Assembly (NCBI GenBank): GCA_965224465.1 | Contig: OZ245049.1 | Location: forward strand, 2,520,001-2,552,000 | Direction: 5' to 3' | Origin: Flavobacteriaceae bacterium | GTDB lineage: Bacteria; Bacteroidota; Bacteroidia; Flavobacteriales; Flavobacteriaceae | Length of the DNA stretch: 32,000 bases | Shown: piece by piece, positions 1 through 9,323 of the stretch | Layout of the letters: the number at the start of each line of letters is the position of its first letter | How positions within the stretch are numbered: position 1 is the first letter of the stretch | Program-made: the position numbers and the translations under genes | The notes under the pieces: model-generated | What the model was told of the DNA's origin: nothing | The model's input: the letters and a program-made list of their open reading frames with translations, nothing else | The model's database searches: none

Positions 1-773
1 ATATGCATCAATTCTTCTTCTGAAAGCAACACACCTTTTTCTTTATAATACAATTCACCAAAAGCTTTTAATAAAATCATGGTGGATTGTACGCCCGATG
101 TCCCAGGAAAGGGTTCATTCATTAAATCATATCCAATAACAGTGGTATTAGATGCATATCGTTTTGCAACATGCTTCCACACATTCGAAAAATGATCTTG
201 AATACCAATACCATCTGGAGCTGGTTTATTTTTCCAAAAATTATCAAAGGATGTTTGAACCGCGGCACTCATCATATAAGCATCACTCCAAATAACACCC
301 GTTGTGTGTGGTTTTCCTTCATCCAAAGTAGCCCATTCAGGAGCTCCATCGCTATATTTAACACTAAATAAATCCTGATGCATGTCCAATACAACAAAAA
401 TATTATGCTTTTTTGCCCAAGCAATACGCGTATCTATTTCTTTTAAATACTCCTCGTTATACACCCCCGGTTCTGGTTCTAATCCATCCCAAATAATAAC
501 CAATCGAATGCAATTTACTCCCAAGGAAGACAACTTAGAGAACATTGCTTCGCCACTTTGATACATATACCCCTCTTCTTTGTTTTTACTGACAATATTA
601 ATTCCGTTAAGAGTAATTTGACGTCCTTGATTGTCTATAAATACGTCTCCCTTAATGGTTACTGAAACAGGCAATTCGGATAATGACCTCTCTTGAACAC
701 TAGAACATGTCCAATTTAAAAACAGCATTAAAACAACAGCTGATACGAATACTACATTCTGAATATTTTTCAC
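1..773 (-). CDS. Glycoside hydrolase family 5 (cellulase-family) lipoprotein, truncated by the window edge (N-terminal part present)
   Basis: Absent from the ORF track because its stop lies off-window. The reverse frame is open from GTG at 773 to base 1, with an in-frame TAA (774-776) just upstream. The translation starts VKNIQNVVFVSAVVLMLFLNWTCSS (signal peptide with a lipobox-like Cys). It continues ...GVNCIRLVIIWDGLEPEPGVYNEEYL...HNIFVVLDMHQD...VIGYDLMNEP, a GH5 pattern that includes the catalytic NEP motif. ATG at 728 is an alternative start. Confidence 0.75.
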   Translation of the reverse strand, partial: MKNIQNVVFVSAVVLMLFLNWTCSSVQERSLSELPVSVTIKGDVFIDNQGRQITLNGINIVSKNKEEGYMYQSGEAMFSKLSSLGVNCIRLVIIWDGLEPEPGVYNEEYLKEIDTRIAWAKKHNIFVVLDMHQDLFSVKYSDGAPEWATLDEGKPHTTGVIWSDAYMMSAAVQTSFDNFWKNKPAPDGIGIQDHFSNVWKHVAKRYASNTTVIGYDLMNEPFPGTSGVQSTMILLKAFGELYYKEKGVLLSEEELMH

Positions 774-898
774 TTATCTCATCTTTTAAGTTCCTAAAAT
801 AATAAATAAACGTTAAAATAACATTTATTTATTAAAATCATTTACCATTATTTCCTTTTCAAGCTTAGCCCATCCTTTCTTTAATCAGCAATAAACCG

Positions 899-906
899 TA
901 GCTTTG
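899..906 (+). promoter_or_regulatory. Candidate Bacteroidota -7 promoter box (TAGCTTTG) upstream of leuS
   Basis: Exact match to the TAnnTTTG -7 consensus described for Bacteroides/Flavobacterium sigma-A promoters, 67 nt upstream of the leuS ATG. Confidence 0.35.
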
Positions 907-973
907 CGTTTTTATAATTAGATATGAATCGCTGTGATACACTTAATTGATTGCAACGAAATTAAGATAAACA

Positions 974-3793
974 ATGGAATATAACTTCAGAAAAATTGAA
1001 GCCGATTGGCAAAAATACTGGGCAGAGAACCAAACATTTAAAGCCTCCAATCAATCGGAAAAACCTAAGTATTATGTATTAGACATGTTTCCTTATCCGT
1101 CAGGAGCAGGACTCCATGTAGGGCATCCGTTAGGATATATTGCCTCTGATATTTACGCGCGTTACAAACGTCACAAAGGTTTTAATGTATTGCATCCTCA
1201 GGGCTATGATTCTTTTGGTTTACCCGCAGAACAATATGCCATTCAAACAGGACAACACCCTGCTACAACTACAGAAGAAAACATAAAAACCTACCGCCGT
1301 CAATTAGACAATATCGGTTTTTCCTTTGATTGGTCTCGAGAAATCCGCACTTCAAATGCTGATTATTACAAATGGACACAGTGGATTTTTATCCAACTAT
1401 TTAATGCTTGGTACAATTTAGACACTGATAAATCGGAAAATATCAGCAGCTTAATCACCCTTTTCGAAACCGATGGAAACGCCACTGTAAAAGCGGCATG
1501 TGATGATGAGATTGACGCATTTACTGCAGCCGATTGGAAACTATTTTCTGAAGATAAAAAACAGGAAGTTTTATTACAATACCGCCTTACATTTTTGTCA
1601 GAAACGGAAGTTAACTGGTGTCCTGCCTTAGGAACCGTACTTGCAAATGACGAAATGGTAAACGGACTTTCTGAACGCGGAGGACACACCGTTATTCGTA
1701 AGAAAATGAAACAATGGAGCATGCGTATTTCTGCCTATGCACAACGCTTGTTAGACGGATTAAATACCATAGATTGGCCACAACCATTAAAAGATTCTCA
1801 AACCAACTGGATTGGAAGATCACAAGGAGCAATGGTGAGTTTTTCTCTTGAAAATTTTGAGGAAAAAATACCGGTTTTTACTACAAGACCTGATACTATT
1901 TACGGGGTAAGTTTTATGACGTTGGCTCCAGAACATGAATTGGTAGCAAAAATCACAAGTCCTGAACAAAAAGAGATTGTAGAAGCTTATATTAAAGCGA
2001 CATCCAAACGTAGCGAGCTAGACCGCATGGCAGATGTAAAAACTATTTCTGGTGCTTTTACAGGTGCGTATGCATTGCATCCTTTTACAGGAGAAAAAAT
2101 TCAGATTTGGATTGGTGATTACGTATTGGCAAGTTATGGTACGGGAGCAGTAATGGCAGTTCCATGTGGAGATCAACGTGATTATGCTTTTGCAAAACAT
2201 TTTAATATAGACATTCCAAACATTTTTGCTGATACCGATATTTCTGAAGTTTCTTTTGAAGGTAAAGAAGGTGTTAAATTGGCAAATTCTGATTTTTTAA
2301 ATGGATTGCCTTATAAGAAAGCCATGAAAACCATTATCTACGAAATGGAAAAACGTAGCATTGGTTATGGGAAAATTAATTACCGCTTGCGCGACGCCGT
2401 ATTTAGTCGCCAACGTTATTGGGGAGAACCATTCCCTGTGTATTATAAAAATGGATTGCCACAAATGATTGCTAAAGAATATTTGCCAATCGCTTTACCA
2501 GAAGTTGAAAATTACCTACCTACCGAAGAAGGAAAACCACCTTTAGGAAATGCCACCGTTTGGGCTTGGGATACGGAGAAAAACGAAATAGTGAATACCG
2601 ATTTAGTAGATAACAGTACTGTATTTCCCCTGGAATTAAACACCATGCCTGGTTGGGCAGGAAGTTCGTGGTATTTTAACCGCTATATGGACGCATCCAA
2701 TACGGGTGATTTTGTAAGCAAAGAAGCTTTAAATTATTGGCAAGATGTCGATTTGTATATTGGAGGAAGTGAACACGCTACCGGCCACTTATTATACGCT
2801 CGTTTTTGGCAAAAATTCTTGTTCGATTTAGGACACCTTCCCAAAGAAGAATTCGCTAAAAAACTCATCAATCAAGGAATGATTTTAGGAACAAGTGCTT
2901 TTGTATATCGCATAGAAGGTACTCAAAAATTTGTTTCCAAAGGATTGATAGGTGATCAAAAAGTACAGGCGATCCATGCAGACGTTGCCCTGGTAAACAC
3001 TTCAGACGAATTGGATGTAGAAGGCTTTAAAAACCATCCACTAAACAAAGATTACAAGAACGCTGAATTTATTTTAGAAGGCGGTAAATACGTAGTTGGA
3101 CGTGAAGTGGAAAAAATGTCAAAATCCAAGTACAACGTAGTAAATCCAGATCAAATCTGTGAAAAATACGGAGCTGACAGCTTGCGATTGTTCGAAATGT
3201 TCTTAGGACCACTGGAACAAGCAAAACCTTGGAAAACATCGGGTATTTCTGGCGTACACTCCTTTTTAAAGAAGCTTTGGAAATTGTATATCGTAAATGA
3301 CAACTTCTCTGTAAGCGAAGAAACTCCTACTAAAGACGAGTTAAAAACCCTACATAAAACCATCAAAAAAGTAGAAAAAGACATCGATAATTTTTCTTTT
3401 AACACTTCCGTTTCTACCTTTATGATTGCAGTAAACGAACTAACAGCTCAAAAATGTAATAAGAGAGCTATCTTAGAACCATTGGCTTTATTAGTTTCTC
3501 CTTATGCACCACATATTGCAGAAGAAATATGGAAAAACCTAGGACATACTGGCTCCATATCAACAGTAGATTTCCCTGTTTTTGAACCAAAACACTTGAT
3601 AGAAAGCAGTAAAGTATATCCTATTTCGTTTAATGGAAAAATGCGATTCACCATAGAACTCCCCTTAGATATGAGTAAGGAAGACATAGAGAAAACAGTA
3701 ATGGCTCACGAAAAAACCATTGCTCAACTCGCAGGGCGAACACCAAAGAAAATAATTATTGTACCGGGTAAAATTGTAAACATAGTCGGTTAA
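974..3793 (+). CDS. leuS: Leucine--tRNA ligase
   Basis: 939-aa ORF with the class I HIGH motif (HVGHPLGY), the KMSKS motif (VEKMSKSKYN) and the typical LeuRS N-terminus (KIE..WQKYW...YYVLDMFPYPSG). Confidence 0.97.
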   Translation: MEYNFRKIEADWQKYWAENQTFKASNQSEKPKYYVLDMFPYPSGAGLHVGHPLGYIASDIYARYKRHKGFNVLHPQGYDSFGLPAEQYAIQTGQHPATTTEENIKTYRRQLDNIGFSFDWSREIRTSNADYYKWTQWIFIQLFNAWYNLDTDKSENISSLITLFETDGNATVKAACDDEIDAFTAADWKLFSEDKKQEVLLQYRLTFLSETEVNWCPALGTVLANDEMVNGLSERGGHTVIRKKMKQWSMRISAYAQRLLDGLNTIDWPQPLKDSQTNWIGRSQGAMVSFSLENFEEKIPVFTTRPDTIYGVSFMTLAPEHELVAKITSPEQKEIVEAYIKATSKRSELDRMADVKTISGAFTGAYALHPFTGEKIQIWIGDYVLASYGTGAVMAVPCGDQRDYAFAKHFNIDIPNIFADTDISEVSFEGKEGVKLANSDFLNGLPYKKAMKTIIYEMEKRSIGYGKINYRLRDAVFSRQRYWGEPFPVYYKNGLPQMIAKEYLPIALPEVENYLPTEEGKPPLGNATVWAWDTEKNEIVNTDLVDNSTVFPLELNTMPGWAGSSWYFNRYMDASNTGDFVSKEALNYWQDVDLYIGGSEHATGHLLYARFWQKFLFDLGHLPKEEFAKKLINQGMILGTSAFVYRIEGTQKFVSKGLIGDQKVQAIHADVALVNTSDELDVEGFKNHPLNKDYKNAEFILEGGKYVVGREVEKMSKSKYNVVNPDQICEKYGADSLRLFEMFLGPLEQAKPWKTSGISGVHSFLKKLWKLYIVNDNFSVSEETPTKDELKTLHKTIKKVEKDIDNFSFNTSVSTFMIAVNELTAQKCNKRAILEPLALLVSPYAPHIAEEIWKNLGHTGSISTVDFPVFEPKHLIESSKVYPISFNGKMRFTIELPLDMSKEDIEKTVMAHEKTIAQLAGRTPKKIIIVPGKIVNIVG

Positions 3794-3803
3794 ACATATT
3801 TGT

Positions 3804-3838
3804 AAACGGGAATCTAAATTTTAGGTTCCCGTTTTTTT
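3804..3838 (+). terminator. Intrinsic terminator after leuS
   Basis: Hairpin aaacgggaatctaaa/tttaggttcccgttt (one mismatch) followed by a T-run, 11 nt after the leuS stop. Confidence 0.6.
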
Positions 3839-3975
3839 ATAGCTCCAATTTGAATAGATTTTCATACAAATCCTATGATTTTCAAAAAGAACAACTTATA
3901 CCACTACACAGGATGCAGTTCACATTTTGCACTATCTCTTTTTTAAACAGCCTTATCAAATGCCAGAGAATTGAC

Positions 3976-3983
3976 TATATTTA
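3976..3983 (+). promoter_or_regulatory. Candidate -7 box (TATATTTA) upstream of the sensor kinase gene
   Basis: Near match to TAnnTTTG, 20 nt before the ATG at 4004. It lies inside a 12-mer, ACTATATTTACG, that recurs upstream of the LanB gene. Confidence 0.3.
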
Positions 3984-4003
3984 CGACTTAGTCTAAAAAA
4001 TAA

Positions 4004-5461
4004 ATGAAAAAAAAGAGGTTATCATTCCAAGTACGCATATTTCTATCCATGATATTATTGATCCTTTTGGCATCTGTACTTATCGCTGCAGTCACTGTAA
4101 ATCAATACAAAGGACAAACCATTGAGTACAATACGGGGAGGCTCGAACGAAAAGAGAGCTCTGTAAAATCAGCAATTCATATTTGGTTAAATGATAGTAA
4201 AAACTCATACCCAATTGTCACCAAAAACTTACCTTTTATCTTCAAAGATAAAATTCATGAAATTTCCAGTATTCAAAAATTGGAAATTAACATATACGAT
4301 TTAAAAGGAAAACTGCTCAAGAGTTCCTACGCTGGATTCATTAAAAATGTAATCCCAGTAGAGCTCACTAATAAAACGGTCAAAAGCTTGGCTTCTTCTC
4401 CAGATCATCGTTTGATAAAATCTACAAGAACGGAAAACAAACAGCAACAATCATCTTTTACCTACATCACAGATAACAAATTCAAACCAATTGGTATTTT
4501 AAATCTTCGATATTTTCAAGACAATACCGCCCAAGAAAAAGACCTACAGGAATTCTTAATTCGGATGGCTTACGTATATGTTTTAATGTTTTTAACCGCT
4601 ATTGGATTGGCTTATTTTATCTCTAGATACATCACTAAATCACTAAAAATGGTGGCTGAAAAAATGTACCTCACAAGTTTGGGTGAACGCAACGAAAAGA
4701 TAATCATTAAAAATGCTAGCACAGAAATCTACACATTAGTAAATGCCTTCAATCAAATGATAGATCAATTGGAAGAAAGTGCGCGTAAATTAGCAAAAGG
4801 AGAACGAGAACAAGCATGGAGAGAAATGGCAAAACAAGTTGCACATGAAATAAAAAACCCCCTCACCCCCATGCGCTTAACAGTGCAGAGTTTCCAACGA
4901 AAATTTGACCCTACCGATCCGAAAATTTATGATAAAATAAACGAATACAGCAGAACATTAATTCAACAAATAGATACCATGAGTTCTATTGCATCTGCAT
5001 TCTCTAACTTTGCAAACCTTCCCAAGCAACAACGTGAAAAATTGGACATTGTAACTATTATGAAACATTCCTTAGATATTTTCTCAGAAGATTATATCCA
5101 TTTTTACCCAAGAGAAAAAAGTATTATTGCAAATTTAGATAAAACACAAATCATTCGCATTGTTACAAACCTAGTAAAAAATGCAATTCAAGCATTAGAA
5201 GACAAAGAACACAAAGAAATAAAAGTGAGTATTTACAAAGAAAATAACCAAGTCATATTTACAGTTGCCGACAACGGAAAAGGCATTTCCGAAGAAGATA
5301 AAAACCGCGTTTTTGAACCAAAATTCACCACCAAATCAAGTGGTATGGGGCTGGGACTTCCTATGGTTAAAAACATTGTAAACGCTTATGATGGTGACAT
5401 CACATTTACTTCTCAAATAAACAAAGGAACTGTATTTACTGTTAATTTACCAATCTCATAA
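4004..5461 (+). CDS. Membrane sensor histidine kinase (no adjacent response regulator)
   Basis: N-terminal TM segment plus a second TM/HAMP-like segment. H-box VAHEIKNPLTPM and HATPase motifs (NLVKNAIQA, VADNGKGI, GMGLGLPMV). Confidence 0.85.
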   Translation: MKKKRLSFQVRIFLSMILLILLASVLIAAVTVNQYKGQTIEYNTGRLERKESSVKSAIHIWLNDSKNSYPIVTKNLPFIFKDKIHEISSIQKLEINIYDLKGKLLKSSYAGFIKNVIPVELTNKTVKSLASSPDHRLIKSTRTENKQQQSSFTYITDNKFKPIGILNLRYFQDNTAQEKDLQEFLIRMAYVYVLMFLTAIGLAYFISRYITKSLKMVAEKMYLTSLGERNEKIIIKNASTEIYTLVNAFNQMIDQLEESARKLAKGEREQAWREMAKQVAHEIKNPLTPMRLTVQSFQRKFDPTDPKIYDKINEYSRTLIQQIDTMSSIASAFSNFANLPKQQREKLDIVTIMKHSLDIFSEDYIHFYPREKSIIANLDKTQIIRIVTNLVKNAIQALEDKEHKEIKVSIYKENNQVIFTVADNGKGISEEDKNRVFEPKFTTKSSGMGLGLPMVKNIVNAYDGDITFTSQINKGTVFTVNLPIS

Positions 5462-5472
5462 AAAAACAAACT

Positions 5473-6249
5473 ATGGATTTTACAAATTTACGCGTTGATA
5501 AAAACGAATCTATTGCTACCATCACAATCAATAGACCTAAAAAATTAAATGCACTAAACAAACAAACCATTGATGCATTAGGAATGGCATTTGAGCACTT
5601 GGAAAACGACACAGACATCAAGGTAATTGTACTCACAGGGAGTGGAGAAAAAGCATTTGTTGCGGGAGCAGACATCGCTGAATTTGCAGATTTCGACATC
5701 GAACAAGGCTCAGAATTAGCTGCAAACGGACAGGAAACATTGTTTGATTTTGTGCAAAACTTAAGTACCCCAGTAATTGCTGCAATAAATGGTTTCGCCC
5801 TAGGAGGAGGACTTGAATTGGCAATGGCTGCACACTTTAGAATTGCCAGTACCAATGCAAAAATGGGACTACCAGAAGTCTCTTTAGGATTGATCCCTGG
5901 TTATGGAGGCACACAGCGTTTACCTCAATTGATAGGCAAAGGAAAAGCCATGGAAATGATTATGACTGCCCATATGCTAAGCGCCGAAGAAGCCTTAAAA
6001 CACGGATTGGTGAACTACGTAGTAGAACAAGAAGAATTACTCCCCTTAGCTTACAAATTAGCCAATAATATAGCAAAAAACTCCTCTGTTGCCATTTCTG
6101 CTGCCATCAAAGCAATAAATGCAAACTACGAAACTAATACCGATGGGTACTTGACAGAAATAAACGAGTTTGGACGCTGCTTCGGTACCGATGATTTTAA
6201 AGAAGGTACCCGTGCCTTTTTAGAAAAAAGAAAAGCGAAGTTTGAGTAA
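5473..6249 (+). CDS. Enoyl-CoA hydratase/isomerase (crotonase family)
   Basis: 258 aa with crotonase signatures: VIVLTGSGEKAFVAGADI and AAINGFALGGGLELAMAAHFRIAS. Confidence 0.9.
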   Translation: MDFTNLRVDKNESIATITINRPKKLNALNKQTIDALGMAFEHLENDTDIKVIVLTGSGEKAFVAGADIAEFADFDIEQGSELAANGQETLFDFVQNLSTPVIAAINGFALGGGLELAMAAHFRIASTNAKMGLPEVSLGLIPGYGGTQRLPQLIGKGKAMEMIMTAHMLSAEEALKHGLVNYVVEQEELLPLAYKLANNIAKNSSVAISAAIKAINANYETNTDGYLTEINEFGRCFGTDDFKEGTRAFLEKRKAKFE

Positions 6250-6294
6250 GAGTTCCGTCTTTGACAGCTATAGCTTCCTGTTGTTCGTAGGCTT

Positions 6295-7293
6295 TTATTC
6301 ATTCTCTTTGTTTTTCCAATAAACATCAATAAGCTCAAATATTTTTTTTTCTTTATTTAACCTATATCTTATTGAATTTCCTTTTAAACAATTCCCCGAT
6401 TCTTCCTTATTTATTAGCCATGAAGAGATCGAAACAAAGTTTTTGTCGCTGAAATCATAATCGTAAGTATTTTCATTTTCTTTAAGCATCTCAACGCATT
6501 TTATTGAAGCGTTATTTAAAAGTAAATCGTATTCAAATTCACTAAACCCGTTTACCATTTTAAAAGGCTTTATTTTATTGTTATAATAACTAAAAGTTTG
6601 AATATCATTTCCGTCTCCAACAATATCATTCGTTATGATAAGAAAATCATTTTCTCCAAATTCATAAATTGATAAAGTCCAAGACCCATCAACAACTTGA
6701 ATTCCTATTGTATTTGGTTTTATATATTTTATGTTATTATACATTTCAGTTGTATCAATTATAAAATTATTGTCCTCGATAAACTCAACTGTTTTTTCTC
6801 TATCTTTTTTACTCCATCCCCAACTACGCATAGTTGTTTCAGGTAATATTTTAAGGATATTAAGCAAGGTTTTGTTTTCTATGTAATTAATATTAATTGT
6901 ATCTCTATAACCGAATAATTTTGAATTTGTAGCTTCGGAATGAATTAAGTTAACTTTCTTTTCAGTTTCAACCTGTTTAATTAGGTTCACGTTTTGATTG
7001 TCAATTTCAGAAAGGATTATTTTAATATTTCTTTTAGGTGTGTACCATTTTTTTTTAATAAAATATTTTTGAAGTTCTACGTTTTTAAAAACGTAACCTT
7101 TTCGAGCATAAATTTCGTTTCTTATTAATTTTAGCTCATTTGAAGTTTTAGAACTCAATTCAGATTTAGTGAATAATTTAGATAGATTTTTAGTGTTATT
7201 TTTTAAACTTTCAGATGTCTCGTGTTCTTTTTTTGTATTACAAGAAATTAAAAAGACGAATATTGTAAGTGTTACTAGGGTTAAATTCTTCAT
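6295..7293 (-). CDS. YARHG-domain lipoprotein of unknown function
   Basis: Signal peptide with lipobox (FVFLISCN) and a YARHG-type motif (IRNEIYARKGYVFKN). The rest is unrecognisable. Confidence 0.6.
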   Translation of the reverse strand: MKNLTLVTLTIFVFLISCNTKKEHETSESLKNNTKNLSKLFTKSELSSKTSNELKLIRNEIYARKGYVFKNVELQKYFIKKKWYTPKRNIKIILSEIDNQNVNLIKQVETEKKVNLIHSEATNSKLFGYRDTININYIENKTLLNILKILPETTMRSWGWSKKDREKTVEFIEDNNFIIDTTEMYNNIKYIKPNTIGIQVVDGSWTLSIYEFGENDFLIITNDIVGDGNDIQTFSYYNNKIKPFKMVNGFSEFEYDLLLNNASIKCVEMLKENENTYDYDFSDKNFVSISSWLINKEESGNCLKGNSIRYRLNKEKKIFELIDVYWKNKENE

Positions 7294-7363
7294 AGTAGTT
7301 TTTGGTTACGCACAACACCCATACCCCCACAATAACAATCTTAAAGTTAAAGGTATATCCGTT

Positions 7364-7524
7364 ATATCAATTACAATCCAAAACAACCGCTATAAATAAG
7401 TTGTTTTACGTTCTAGTGTTGTTAAAAAACGGGACGATAGCTACGGCTATCTCTAGATTTTTCGCCTAGCTAAAACAAAAAATAATTCCTTTTCTAAACC
7501 TTCACTTGGAAATGCATTTGATAT
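7364..7524. repeat. Intergenic MITE-like repeat, copy A
   Basis: Aligns along its whole length with 8579-8739. The ends are imperfect inverted repeats (atatcaattacaatccaa vs reverse complement atatcaaatgcatttccaa). An internal 6-bp palindromic hairpin, gatagc-tacg-gctatc, is present. Confidence 0.6.
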
Positions 7525-7563
7525 AATTGGACGAGGGTATCGTTGTTTTTTTGTTAAAGGTAT

Positions 7564-7671
7564 CTAAATTCCCAAGAGGATATCCTTTTTTTTAATATTT
7601 ATAGCGATAGTTTTAGTGTGAATCTCTGTTATCTTAGGAGAGGCGTATCCTAAGATATTTTGTATATCGAC
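7564..7671 (-). pseudogene. Degenerate C-terminal remnant of a tyrosine recombinase/integrase
   Basis: The reverse frame reads VDIQNILGYASPKITEIHTKTIAINIKKK... This resembles the integrase C-terminal box (I/V)QxLLGHsSxkTTEIYTH, but with His->Tyr and catalytic Tyr->His changes. Stops lie immediately upstream (TAG) and there is no start codon. It sits inside a ~460-bp ORF-free gap. Confidence 0.3.
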
Positions 7672-7860
7672 CTCCTCCTAAATACGTAACTATTCTACCA
7701 AGCAACCTTTTAATTTGAGTTCTATTACAAGAGAAGGAAACCGTTTAAATTCGAATGAAATGTTTTACACCTTGAATAGAAGCTATTTACAAACTCGCAT
7801 ACCTATTGATTACAAAATGTATTTGAACCGATGGAGTCATTTTTAATTGCCTTAAAAAAC

Positions 7861-8514
7861 TTACAATTCCCCATTCCATTCTGCATAAAACTGCTTTAGA
7901 AACCCCTCCATATAGCAATGTCTTTCTTGGGCAATTTTTTTTCCAGTATCGGTATTCATAGTATCTTTTAGCAGTAGCAATTTTTCATAAAAATGATTGA
8001 TAGTAGGTGCTGTTGATTTTTTATATTCTTCTTTTGTCATATCCAATTTAGGCATAATATCAGGATTGTACATTGTCCGGTTTTTAAATCCCCCATAATT
8101 AAAACAACGCGCTATTCCGATGGCACCAATAGCATCCAAGCGATCTGCATCTTGAATCACATCTAATTCTGGTGAAGAAAAAGTTTGTTTAAAATTACCA
8201 CCTTTATAGGATATATTGTTGATAATCTGGCTTACATGCGTTATTTCCTTCTGATGTACCTCTAAGGATTCCAAAAAACTACACGCAACTTTAGGCCCTA
8301 CAGTTTCATCACCATTATGGAATTTAGCATCTGCAATATCGTGTAACAAAGCGCCTAATTCTACGATAAACAAGTTCACTTTTTCGTTTTCAGCAATTAG
8401 TTTTGCATTGTTCCAAACACGTAAAATATGAAACCAATCATGACCTCCTTCGGCATCTTTTAACGTTTGTTGTACAAATTTTTTAGTTTTTTGAATAATT
8501 TCTTGATTTGTCAT
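7861..8514 (-). CDS. HD-domain metal-dependent phosphohydrolase
   Basis: 217 aa with the HD motif region (GHDWFHILRV ... LLHDIAD ... DADRLDAIG), typical of the YedJ-like HD superfamily. Confidence 0.85.
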   Translation of the reverse strand: MTNQEIIQKTKKFVQQTLKDAEGGHDWFHILRVWNNAKLIAENEKVNLFIVELGALLHDIADAKFHNGDETVGPKVACSFLESLEVHQKEITHVSQIINNISYKGGNFKQTFSSPELDVIQDADRLDAIGAIGIARCFNYGGFKNRTMYNPDIMPKLDMTKEEYKKSTAPTINHFYEKLLLLKDTMNTDTGKKIAQERHCYMEGFLKQFYAEWNGEL

Positions 8515-8540
8515 CTTGATAAAATATAGGCTAAAATAAG

Positions 8541-8564
8541 AAAATCCGCACGATGGCGGATTTT
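8541..8564 (-). terminator. Possible intrinsic terminator downstream of the bacilliredoxin gene and repeat copy B
   Basis: 9-bp stem aaaatccgc/gcggatttt with a 6-nt loop. On the minus strand it is followed by cttatttt. Confidence 0.35.
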
Positions 8565-8578
8565 AATGTATGAGTATA

Positions 8579-8739
8579 ATACCAATTACAACCCAAAATA
8601 ATGGATATAAATAGTTTATTTTACGTTCCAGCATTGTTGAAAAATAGAACGATAGCTAAGGCTATCCTTAGATTTTCCGCCTAGCTAGAACAAAAAATAA
8701 TTCTATTTCTAAACCGTCACTTGGAATTGTATTTGGTAT
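8579..8739. repeat. Intergenic MITE-like repeat, copy B
   Basis: Full-length homologue of copy A. Terminal inverted repeats are ataccaattacaacccaa and, on the reverse complement, ataccaaatacaattccaa. The internal hairpin is gatagc-taag-gctatc. Confidence 0.6.
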
Positions 8740-8773
8740 AACTCAAAAGTTTTAGGTTACAGCTTAAAGTTTC

Positions 8774-9184
8774 TTAACAAAACTCTTCATAAGCAGCTAC
8801 TAAATTAGAGGCAATTACCTCAGCTGGACGTCCTTCAATATGATGACGCTCTAACATGTGAACCAAAGCTCCATCTTTAAACAATGCAATGGCAGGTGAT
8901 GAAGGAGGAAACGGTGCTGTTTGCGCACGCACAGCAGCGACAGCTTCAGCATCAACTCCAGCAAAAACTGTTGTTATTTGTGTAGGTATTTTATCAAATT
9001 TCAAAGAAGCAATGGCTCCTGGGCGCGCTGTACCAGCAGCACAACCACATACGGAGTTAATCATAACTAAGGTAGTTCCTTCTTTTTTTAATGCTTCTGT
9101 TACAGCATCAGCTGTTTGTAATTCTGTAAAACCTGCGTCTACAAGCTCTTGACGCATTGGATTCACTATTTCTGGTGGATACAT
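8774..9184 (-). CDS. BrxA/BrxB-family bacilliredoxin (YphP/YqiW, DUF1094)
   Basis: Conserved N-terminus [14 protein letters not shown] and the CGC redox motif (NSVCGCAAG). I place the start at ATG 9184, since the track start at 9217 is a TTG that adds 11 poorly fitting residues. Confidence 0.85.
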   Translation of the reverse strand: MYPPEIVNPMRQELVDAGFTELQTADAVTEALKKEGTTLVMINSVCGCAAGTARPGAIASLKFDKIPTQITTVFAGVDAEAVAAVRAQTAPFPPSSPAIALFKDGALVHMLERHHIEGRPAEVIASNLVAAYEEFC

Positions 9185-9298
9185 AGTATTTGTTATTTTT
9201 GTTTTCTTAAAGCACAAAGATACTCATATCCTTGTAATTTTTACAAAATATTAACAGTCGTATTAATCATAGTACCTAAAAGTCTGCTTAAATCCACT

Positions 9299-9306
9299 TA
9301 TATTTG
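9299..9306 (+). promoter_or_regulatory. Candidate -7 promoter box (TATATTTG)
   Basis: Exact TAnnTTTG match, 17 nt upstream of the ATG at 9324. Confidence 0.4.
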
Positions 9307-9323
9307 AGCTTTTAAATAACAAT

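Noticed and set aside
171-371. 66-aa plus-strand ORF from the track
   Set aside because: It lies antisense inside the much longer GH5 reading frame (1-773, minus), which has clear family motifs. The ORF has no recognisable features.
780-973. Possible T-box or other leader upstream of leuS (AT-only 10-bp hairpin aataaataaa/tttatttatt, and the 7-bp repeat cttaatt/aattaag); likewise upstream of tyrS
   Set aside because: No specifier-loop or T-box consensus is visible and the stems are AT-only and short. T-box regulation is not expected in Bacteroidota.
1366-3687. Four minus-strand ORFs (1366-1722, 2018-2200, 3151-3405, 3502-3687)
   Set aside because: All are antisense within leuS, which is unambiguous. 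They are typical shadow ORFs.
5442-6338. Minus-strand ORFs 5442-5855, 5633-5833 and 6126-6338
   Set aside because: Antisense to the crotonase gene, with low-complexity Ala/Ser/Leu-rich translations typical of shadow frames.
7169-7399. 76-aa plus-strand ORF
   Set aside because: It overlaps the 5' end of the YARHG gene in antisense and runs into the repeat element. No motif or plausible start context.
8889-9152. 87-aa plus-strand ORF
   Set aside because: Antisense within the bacilliredoxin gene. The Ala-rich shadow frame arises from the locally GC-richer sequence.
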